A DNA stretch of 62,995 nucleotides, filler included, from Intoshia linei (Eukaryota > Animalia > Orthonectida), in the NCBI GenBank assembly GCA_001642005.1. It is 13 parts of 13 records of this genome, joined end to end, with 100 filler letters (N's around TTAATTAATTAA, not from the genome) between each part and the next. Parts side by side here need not be neighbours in the genome. Positions count along the whole stretch, not along the records: positions 49,455 to 60,355 come from LWCA01001220.1; positions 60,456 to 62,995 come from LWCA01002283.1; 11 more parts are not named here. One strand, given 5' to 3'. Positions 54,140 to 62,995 of this stretch are shown piece by piece (the stretch's first letter is position 1; each line of letters begins with the position of its first letter). Under the pieces are notes generated by a model that saw only the letters and a program-made list of their open reading frames with translations, searched no databases and was not told the origin of the DNA. The translations under genes were made by a program, and so were the position numbers.

Positions 54140-54400
54140 TAACCTTACTTGAATTTTTGAATAACAATCTATAATATTCAAAATAATATTTGTAGCCCTT
54201 ATTAAGCTCCATATATTATAGTAGACTAATGCAATGGGCCATATATCGTTCACTGGTTTTAGTGGTGATTATTGGAGGAATATTACTGAACGTTTTAAAT
54301 CCAACACTCTTTTGGGACGATGGCCATTACGATATCATTTTAGAAATATCAATTCTGTTAATATTATAAAAATATTCATCAACAAGCTGTTTAGTCTAAA
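54140..54400 (-). pseudogene. rve-type integrase fragment (Ginger2/Polinton-like)
   Basis: IPPIITTKTSER..., NKGYKY/ILNIIDCYSK. Nucleotide similarity to 27902-28020. Confidence 0.5.
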
Positions 54401-54561
54401 AAGATATGTTTAAATCATATCATATTAGTACCTTTGTTTAATCAATTTATTTTGTAACTTGAAAATGACCAAAAATGTGATTTTTTTTAATACTATCCAG
54501 TTTAACATCAATTTGATCATCACTGAACACTTTTAGTTTCAAATTAACTTTTATATAATTA

Positions 54562-54715
54562 TTAGCTTGGCTGGTTTGTTCTAGGTCCAAATAGCACCTA
54601 GCTCTGCCGAGGGCGGACATTTTAATTTTAACATTAAAAATTAAATCTATTATGGTTTAAACTTTTACGAATCCATTAAAATAAGACTACCAAAAATGTA
54701 TTACCGTACATCATA
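54562..54715 (-). mobile_element. Degenerate Helitron-like 3' end
   Basis: AGCACCTAGCTCTGCCGAGGGC is identical to the 49266-49287 segment. Confidence 0.5.
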
Positions 54716-55049
54716 TAATTGTTATTTATTTTTTTCCAGGTGATGATAATAATTAAATTAACTATTTAAAAACATGTCAAATAATATGATAATTCATATT
54801 ATCAATATTTATATCAAAATGCTAAATAGAAAAATAATTAAAATGCATTATTGAGCAAAACATGTATAACAATATTTTATTTATTTACTACAGAATTTAT
54901 TTTGAAGTTTTTTCAACCTAATTTAATGTATTATAGGAGTTGAGTGCTGTAAATTTTTTAACACTCACATTCATGAACTGAAATATACACTTCAAATTGA
55001 CGCTAATTACTTAAATAAATTATATCCTAAATCTGTCATATTGAAGCAT

Positions 55050-56865
55050 ACAAAACATCTGATTTATTTTTATCACCAAAGTCTTTTCTTTGTTTAATAG
55101 TTTCAGTAATAAGCTCCCTTTCTTTACTTCGATATTTTACTAAAACCCAATCACTGGAAGCTAGAACCGTGTCACAGTTAAAAGAAATTTATTCAATTTA
55201 GAATCAGAGTAGAAAATTTGTTTTTGAATATTGGTGGGTTTTGTTGGTTTCATTTAATGACTCGATCTAATTAGCAAATTTATTTTACCAATTCAAATTT
55301 ATTCATATAGTAAACACTGGCTTCAAGCCAAGTACCTCACCTTATAATCACTGGTCTGGGTGGATAACCAATCTGATAACTCATTGATGAAACTTTCGAG
55401 TGTAGGTTGTTGTTTCACTGGCTCAATCAGTCCATTATCAACATATCCTGAGGTTTGAAGTACAGTCTGTGTTTTCAAACGTCTTACAACTCTGATGGCC
55501 ATAAGTATGATACTATGTGTATTGGAGTCTTGTGATAATCATATTTAGGTAGTCGGTGTTCGTCATGTTTGTCATAAACTAAGAGTAAAAAGTACGTTAT
55601 GAAGAAAGAATACAAGTTGGGAAGTGCACCAGAATAGTAAGAATTTCGTTTAGCGAGCTCAAAAGACATGTGATACCACACTATAGAGCGTGAGTGTAAC
55701 ATCCTTTTCTTATCTTTGGCCATAATTCGATTTAATTCTCGTGAAACTTCATTCAATAAATAATCTCATAAAATAATTCTCGAATAGATTTATTAGGTAA
55801 TGTTTGGAATTTTACGCTAGTTGTGAGTTCGTCAACAAATTGATACTTCTGTCGCAGCTTCATACAACAATTATGCATTAGATGACTTAATGGGTGACAT
55901 GAAATAAATTTGGATAGATTTTTAAATTGCGTCGTAATACTTGTATTGTATCTTATATTGATATTGGATGAATTATTCAATTGCTAACGAAATTCATAAT
56001 GATATGAAATAAACTTATAAATTCCATGTAGTTAGGATAATTTGTTAGTTATTGCATAATTACTCAGTCATTTCAAAATATCAGTGATCTAATATAACCT
56101 GAATCGCAAACTATATCTATCGTTGTCATCACCTGAAAAGCTTTGCATTTCAGTAGGTGTTTTTTTAAGGTAATTAACGTAAGATTTGTAGCAAATTTTT
56201 AAAAGTTTGGTAGTCATGTACCTAATTGATATATTTATATAATTATAAAAATATAAGATACACTGCCCGTAGTTTATTTTTGAATAAACAAAGCATAATG
56301 AGTGCAGAGGTCATCACTGCAACCTATTTTTTGAGAGCATACATGTGATTTTTGTAGTCCCAATATTTTTTATGGTCTGAATACCAGATGGACGATATAC
56401 TTGAATGGATGTCGAATCGATTGATAATGATATATGGGTCACTATCACAATCTACTTATTAGTTTTTAAATTTGATTTAATTTATAATTTACCTTCCAAT
56501 TTGATATGGATCATTCTGGATTTCCAGCAAGTATCATCCCAATAGAGATACAAAGGAAGTCTCATTCGTTGTATGGCATTATATATTAAGCTCTCATTAG
56601 AAATGCCAGTTCTGAGCCATGTTAAATATAAAATGAACGAATCCATTTTGTTGGTATATCCTATGGTTCTGCTTAGTATTATGTATCTAAATAGTGATTT
56701 ATTATTAATTTTAGATTTAACATACGGTTTTAGTTCATTAAACATATTTACTATTTCGAATTCTTCGAAATTGGTAGATTTTACCCAAGCCCTGTTATTA
56801 TTCGATTTGACACGGTAAATGCCCCAGATGTAACAATACTTTGATGCGTTTTCGTAATTACACAT
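55050..56865 (-). pseudogene. Decayed multi-exon gene, possibly with an OTU-like cysteine protease domain
   Basis: Chain of ORF pieces joined by two ~40-bp GT-AG introns, with frameshifts and in-frame stops. Weak OTU-like motif spacing. Confidence 0.35.
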
Positions 56866-57004
56866 GTTGTTTATACAGTATCGGAAAAATTATTAGAAAT
56901 TATTGTTAATTGTTAATTAGAAGTGTTTAAATTGATAACAATGTTAAATAAATATATTTATTAGTAAGCTTATATAATTAGTATTTTGTTGTACCACCCT
57001 TAGC

Positions 57005-57350
57005 AGCAAGACATGCTGTAATGCGCCTAGGCATATCCTCAATCAATGTTTTGCATAATTCCTTTATTATGTCGGAATTGTTCCATACGTATTTAACATG
57101 GCGAATAAGGTCTAATTTTGATGAAATTTTTTGCTGTATGCACTTCGTACTTTAATACTTTAATACTTTCCATATATTTTCAATTGGACTCATATCCGCC
57201 AAGTTACTTGGACAGGGTAGCACGTTGAGGTTAACGGAATTGAAGAAATCTTTTATTACAGGGTAGTGTGACAGCGTGCTAGATCTTGCTGAAAAATATG
57301 GCCCGTGTTGTTGCTCCAGTCTGGATAAATAAATCTGTAAACATGGGCGA
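57005..57350 (-). pseudogene. Tc1-like transposase C-terminal fragment
   Basis: FQQDLARCH and NLNVLPCPSNLADMSPIENIWKVLK, compared with the consensus WPxxSPDLNPIENxW. Confidence 0.75.
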
Positions 57351-57420
57351 TTTATCGATAATACGCTTTTTAATTTAATTTTCCATTATAATCATATGAT
57401 TATTTATTATTATATTTTAG

Positions 57421-58750
57421 TTATATCTGTCGATTATACACGCGAATTTTCACAACTGCGCAGTGAATCACAAGTGTTTGGCTTTTTAGAATACAATCGT
57501 GTCATCTTACGATTGAAAAAATTAATTTCTTATTTTTATCACACAGATGACTATCTATCCATTTACAGTAATATTTATAATTTTTTTTTATTTATCATAA
57601 TTAATGTTACAAAAATTTAGACTATGAAAAAAATTTGGTGCATTGGGTTGATGATAAAGATGTACCGATATGTGTAGTTTGTGGAGTTTTTTTTAATTTT
57701 ATGGAAAGAAAACATCATTGTAGATTATGTGGTGGTGTCATTTGTGGAAATGATTGTTCCGTGTTTTTGAATACTAAACAGTTAGGTAATTTTTTTAAAC
57801 AATTATTCTTCACTTTTTTCATGGTATATGTTATTGATATTTATATTGTTTTCATCAACAGTGATCAATGTAGTTTCATCATGAAAGTATTAAATATTAC
57901 TACTATACTTTCATTTTCAACGTTTTTTCTATTTATTACTTATAGTTTTATTATTTCACTAAACGTTAATTACATGAAGTAATTAAATCAATTATGTATC
58001 ATAATTTAGAACTTTATACATACATATGGTATATATATATATAATATTTTGAACTTAAAATTTTCTTTAAATATAATAAAATTGATGATAGATTTTAGCT
58101 GGTTACATTACATTAGTTCTTTAAAAGTATTGTTTTAAACATTTTATCTAACTATTAAAATAAATTTGACAAAACTGTTATTACACTGTCATGAACATAA
58201 GCAATCGTATTTGACAACTGATAAATTATTTTGTAATTATCAAATGTCAGCTATTTTCGAATATGCTGTATATTATTTGTAAATTAATACAATTTTAGAA
58301 ATAATAATAATAAATAACAACACATTTAATACATTTCAAAAAGAAGAAAAACAAGCATATAATATAATCAAACCGGCTACCTCAGCAACCAATACAATTG
58401 AATCGAAACAGTTCAACGGATCAGTCGATGACTTGTCCATTCATTCTGAAATGATACTGTTAACAAACACTTCAAAATTTAAAAATATTAAAGAAAATAG
58501 TTTTTACAGCGTTAATATCGAATATCCTAATGCTACCTCTTCTGTAAATACAGTTGCTACTATGGATAACACAATCCATGACTCTGTGAATAATAAAATG
58601 AATCGTAATATTAATCTCCGGGTTGTTTTGAAAAAAATTGAGCCTTATTTCAACCTAAGAATCTGTTTCTATTGTTTCAAATTGTTATTTTATCGAAACC
58701 GGTCTTCTTCGTCCAACGACGCTATTACTGAAGTTATTAAAAACCACAAT
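57421..58750 (+). CDS. RBSN: Rabenosyn-5 (FYVE-finger Rab5 effector), internal exons 57421-57567, 57621-57785, 58299-58750
   Basis: DYTREFSQLR...LEYNRVILRLKKL, YEKNLVHWVDDKDVPICVVCG..F...RKHHCRLCGGVICGNDC, later LRICFYC. The exons join in frame. Confidence 0.8.
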
Positions 58751-59559
58751 GTATTTTTTATTATTTATAATATGCTAATTTGTTCAACAATAACATCCCA
58801 ATAACTGGGTAAATAATAGTGACAAATATTGCATGTATTACTTATCATGGTTTTTTTTCATCTTAGTCTAAGACATATACACTTTCCTATATTTAGAAAC
58901 ATCTTTAACGATTTACTCTGATGTTTTCTTTCAGTTTTACAGGTAAACGTATTCGTAGTTCCGTATAATATTTCGATATATAATAATTCGAAGTGAACAT
59001 ATGATATCCTCGATTTGATCAAATTTTAATCTTAATTTAAATCATTTTACCAGTGCCAAACCTATCGTATCCTAGATTCGACGCCGGAGGTATCTCCAAG
59101 AAAATTTTTTTAAATGGAGGCATTAATTTGCTAAAGTGAGCATTAAAAATCTTAAAAATCATAAATAATTTGTATTTTAAATTTAAAATGTAAACTTAAG
59201 AGTCTCAGAGATGTGGATAGGGTTATATAACACTACAATTCGTTTGCGAATTTTTTTAAATTCGGCTCTGGGATCTACTATATAACTAAATTAAATCATT
59301 AATTAGATTAAATTTAAGGCACGTCAAAATTATTAACGTTATTCAGTGAAACTTTCCTTCATTTTGATAAAATGTTTACGTTCACTAATAATAATAAACG
59401 TTTATTAAGAAATACAGTTAGAAAAAAGTGATTTTTAGAAATGACTCAATACTGACGTAAAAAATAGAAATTTTGGCCCATATAATACTTGTTATAATTT
59501 TAATTAGTTGTAATGAAATTTCTGTTTATATTTACATAAGATTTTTCGAATAAACCCCC

Positions 59560-59686
59560 ATTATCACATTGAAAGTAATTGCTATCACATCGCTTGTAAT
59601 TGTTATAACATTGACAATCGTTATTTCATTTTTAATTTAGCTATTATCACATCGGTTGTAATTACTATCATATCGATAGTGAAATG
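59560..59686. repeat. Degenerate ~21-bp tandem repeat (TATCACATCG..GTAATT)
   Basis: About five imperfect units visible. Confidence 0.5.
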
Positions 59687-60119
59687 GTATATTTGACAAT
59701 TTATTTATAATTGATATTGTATTAGTGATTTGGATTGACTCAAATGATTTAAGTAATGTAAAACTACGCGTAGATTGAGACAAACACCCACAAAGGCTAT
59801 TAAAAAATTATAAAAGAAAATTGAGATGCACGGTCAATCATAATATATTGCAAAAATGTTTAATATTTAATTTGTACGTTAAAACAAATTAATCAATTCA
59901 TTATTTTTGTTTAAATTATGGATTTCAGAAGAATCTCCAATAAATGTATTGTTTATGTATATTTGAGGGACCTATTAAATCAAAAATAAGTATAGAAAAG
60001 CCATGAATAAAATTACTGTTCTGATTTCATTGATATAATTACATTTTTTATTTTGTATTAGGTCATTCACAAAGTAATGTCGTTTTTATAACTATTATAA
60101 TAACAATTTTGATTAACCT

Positions 60120-60355
60120 TTATTCTACAAAATATTCTCCATTGCATTCAACAATTTTTCTCCAACGTTCCGGTAGCTTCTTAATTCCATTTTGAAAAAA
60201 ACTGACTTTTATTTGTCAAAAAGTTATCAATATCAGATTTTAAGTGCTTAATTGAATCGTATTTTTTTTTCCATCGTAATGGTTACTCATCGACCTAAAA
60301 GGGTGATAGTCAGAAAGAGCAATGTTTGGAGAATATGGTTGGTGATCTAATACCT
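60120..60355 (-). pseudogene. mariner (Mos1-like) transposase C-terminus
   Basis: HQPYSPNIALSDYHPFRSM...FFQNGIKKLPERWRKIVECNGEYF. Confidence 0.85.
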
Positions 60356-60578
60356 NNNNNNNNNNNNNNNNNNNNNNNNNNNNNNNNNNNNNNNNNNNNT
60401 TAATTAATTAANNNNNNNNNNNNNNNNNNNNNNNNNNNNNNNNNNNNNNNNNNNNAGTTGATGATGATAATGAACGACGGGCGATATGATTTTGCTGATT
60501 AGTGTCGTTATTTCTGAATCATTGATTTTAACAGTAAACAAAGATTAACATATTTATATTTTAAATGTATTTTTACAG

Positions 60579-60931
60579 AAAAGGTTATATCCTTGTCAGC
60601 TGTCGTATTTGATATTAAACCATACTGTGATGATTATGATATAACAGTAGCTCAACAAAAGATTATAGCCATTGCAAAAGAGAATATGACCGTCAAAAAT
60701 TGTAAATTTTAATAATTCAAAAATAATATATATTTAGGTGAAGTGATCAAATTGGCATACGGAATTAAGGGGCTGAGAATAGACACAGTCATTACAGAAG
60801 ATGTAATTTTATTACTAATTACTATAATTTACATTTAATAGGTTGATACAGAACTTTTCATGGAAAGGGTAGTTAAAATTGACCCAGATAATATACAATC
60901 CGTAGATATTAAATCATTTAACAAGGTTTAA
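60579..60931 (+). CDS. eEF1B-beta/delta-like guanine-nucleotide exchange domain, divergent; last three exons
   Basis: SAVVFDIKPYCDDYD...LAYGIKGLRI..VITED|VDTE...IQSVDIKSFNKV*. Two ~37-bp GT-AG introns. Confidence 0.75.
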
Positions 60932-60954
60932 CTGTAACAAATAAATATTAAATT

Positions 60955-62954
60955 TTATTGCTTTGTGGCTTGATAAGCTTTGTTCATTGTAAGAGAAGAG
61001 CGAGAAATCACGTCTGTCAAGTAGTAATCGGAAAGTTGTTTTTGATTTACTTCTATGGCTTTAATTACTTTGTTCGGTTTAGGTTGCTAAAATAGTATAA
61101 ATAAAATATAATTAGGAATTGTTAGGCCTGATTAGCCTTCCACTAAATGATTCGTGTACACAAATGTCGTTGATATATTTCTTATTGATATACCTTTAAA
61201 CAATCTTATAAAATATGGTTCCTATATTCCTTTTGAAAATTAACAAACTCCATGGGTATGTGAATATGCTACAACAAATTTTGGAAACCCTGAACTGAAA
61301 AAATCCCTACTACTTATTGATTCTTCAATCTGCTTTTTTTAATTTACCGCGGCATAGTACAAGAGCGAATTAATTATACTTTTATATATAAAATGAGAAT
61401 GAGAAGACTATAAAATCCGGGAATATTAAATTAACATTACAGCAAGTTTTAAAATTAGGCTATTCAAATCCATATTACAGGTTCCATTGTAATTTTGAAA
61501 GTTTGGCGATATTTCATTTAACCTTTCTTTGAGTTGTGCGATGGATTCATATTTAAGTGGTTTTTCAAGAATCTAAAAATTGACATAAATACTAAATTCA
61601 ATGATACATGAGATATAGCTGTAATAATTTTCCAATCATCTCTAGACGCCCCACTAGGGAAAATAGCAGAATTGGTTTTTTGACTTCTACCCTCATTATT
61701 TAAATAAGTTGCTTCTTTTTCAGTGTAAGCAGAAGAGGGCAAAACAACATCACTTATTAAAGCTCCATGGTCTCCGTGATGCCCTAAATATAATCAATTG
61801 AATATGTGGTTATATATATAAAAACAATCATTAGATTCGTACCAATATAAATAATGAAAGCATCCGAATCAATTGGAACCTGGTTTAAAACATTTTCTTT
61901 GTCACATCCAATAAGTAACAAAACTTTGATCGGGGTGTCTTTAAGAATGGATATATTTGGACAAATATTCATTTCTAAAGCTCCCACGGTTGAAGCAGAC
62001 TAAACGATTATTTAGCATTGATTAAAATTTAAATCTACTTTATGAATGACACCAAAGTTGATAGAATCCATCATAAGATTTGTACTATTTATTTTGAGAT
62101 AATTGCTAAATTTGACGATATTGTTGTACTTGGCGGTTCCATTTGTTTGATAATTAAAGTAATTTTCACCCACAATAACTATAGGAGAAGAGCTCTTTTT
62201 AATTGCCTATTAACGTAATAAACTAAATTATATTTACATATACTTTGGATAATTTATGCTGTCCCTTCATTATTTCGCCCAAGACATCAATTGACTCTCC
62301 AGCATGCTATTTAGATAAAATAACATTTTAGAATACAATTACTTCATAATCATAATTCAAGTCAACTTTAGGACCAACATATACAATTTTGTTGTTTTTT
62401 TGAAGCCATCTAAAAATTATCAATACATTTATATTAATTTGAATAACCCTTTTCGAATTCTAGCATTGAGAAGTGGAGATTCATATCTAGGATTCGTTCC
62501 GATTATAAAGCATAAATCGGAATTTTCAATGTCTTTTATTTTTGGGCCTAATAAATAAGAGGATCGGAAATCACACCTAAAAATGTCAAGTTTTATTTTT
62601 TTAAACATACCCAGCAGCACTGGTGTCAAAATTTTCATCTAAACAAATTAATTCAGAGTCGAATTTATTCAGTAAATCTTTAGTTGCAACCATTGTTTCC
62701 ACGTCCACGAATGGACCACATATAGCGGCAATATTGTCTTTTACATTAATGTTTTTAGCAATATGTTGCAATGCCACTTTCCAGTGACATTTTTTTAACA
62801 ATTTTGTATCTTCACTTCTAATCATTGGTTCAAGCAGCCTCTGACGTTTTAAACCATCATACGAAAACCTACATTTATCACTTATCCATTCTTCATTTAT
62901 ATCTTCATTTATTTTCGGTAAAATTCTCATTAATTCATCGGCGCGGGTGTTTAT
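60955..62954 (-). CDS. NDUFS1: NADH:ubiquinone oxidoreductase 75-kDa subunit, 3' portion, multi-exon
   Basis: MRILPKINEDINEEWISDKCRFSYDGLKRQRL, GTNPRYESPLLNARIRK, GHHGD, LPSSAYTEKEATYLNNEGRSQ, RDDWKII, DYYLTDVISRSSLTM. Confidence 0.95.
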
Positions 62955-62995
62955 CTAAAGTTTTTATAAAATGGGAAATACACCCCCCCCCCCCC

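Noticed and set aside
55050-55756. Faint resemblance to the PA-C-like region of bunyavirus L proteins
   Set aside because: No diagnostic motif, and the segment is continuous with an intron-containing pseudogene.
55984-56100. Alternative genetic code (TAR=Gln, TGA=Trp) suggested by clustered in-frame stops
   Set aside because: Intact genes here end in TGA or TAA (Pax-beta, PLEKHM1, eEF1B-like, NDUFS1), and the long dynein and PLEKHM1 exons have no internal stops. Pseudogene decay is the simpler explanation.

Overview
This is not prokaryotic DNA. It is an AT-rich animal genome with very short (~35-40 bp) GT-AG introns. The window consists of 13 contigs joined by twelve artificial 100-nt linkers (N-run, TTAATTAATTAA, N-run), so adjacency across gaps is unreliable. 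Host genes: a spliced Pax-beta (a spiralian-specific paired-box subfamily) with an unusually long first intron, a PLEKHM1-like RUN+Rubicon-homology gene, a dynein-2 heavy chain fragment, a TRPA-like exon, rabenosyn-5 exons, a divergent eEF1B GEF domain and NDUFS1. Pax-beta, tiny introns and fast-evolving proteins suggest a genome-reduced spiralian such as an orthonectid (inference only). The remainder is dense with decayed transposons (pogo/Tigger, Tc1/mariner/Tc3, hAT, piggyBac MITE, Helitron, CR1, Gypsy). The most notable signal is a set of endogenised RNA-virus fragments: a nodavirus-like RdRp, an SP24-like virion membrane protein fused directly to a Gypsy pol fragment, and a second putative nodavirus replicase piece next to a Gypsy RT fragment. 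These sit in mosaics of short, mostly co-oriented TE and virus pieces resembling piRNA-cluster-type memory loci. All homology calls come from motif recognition by eye, not database searches.
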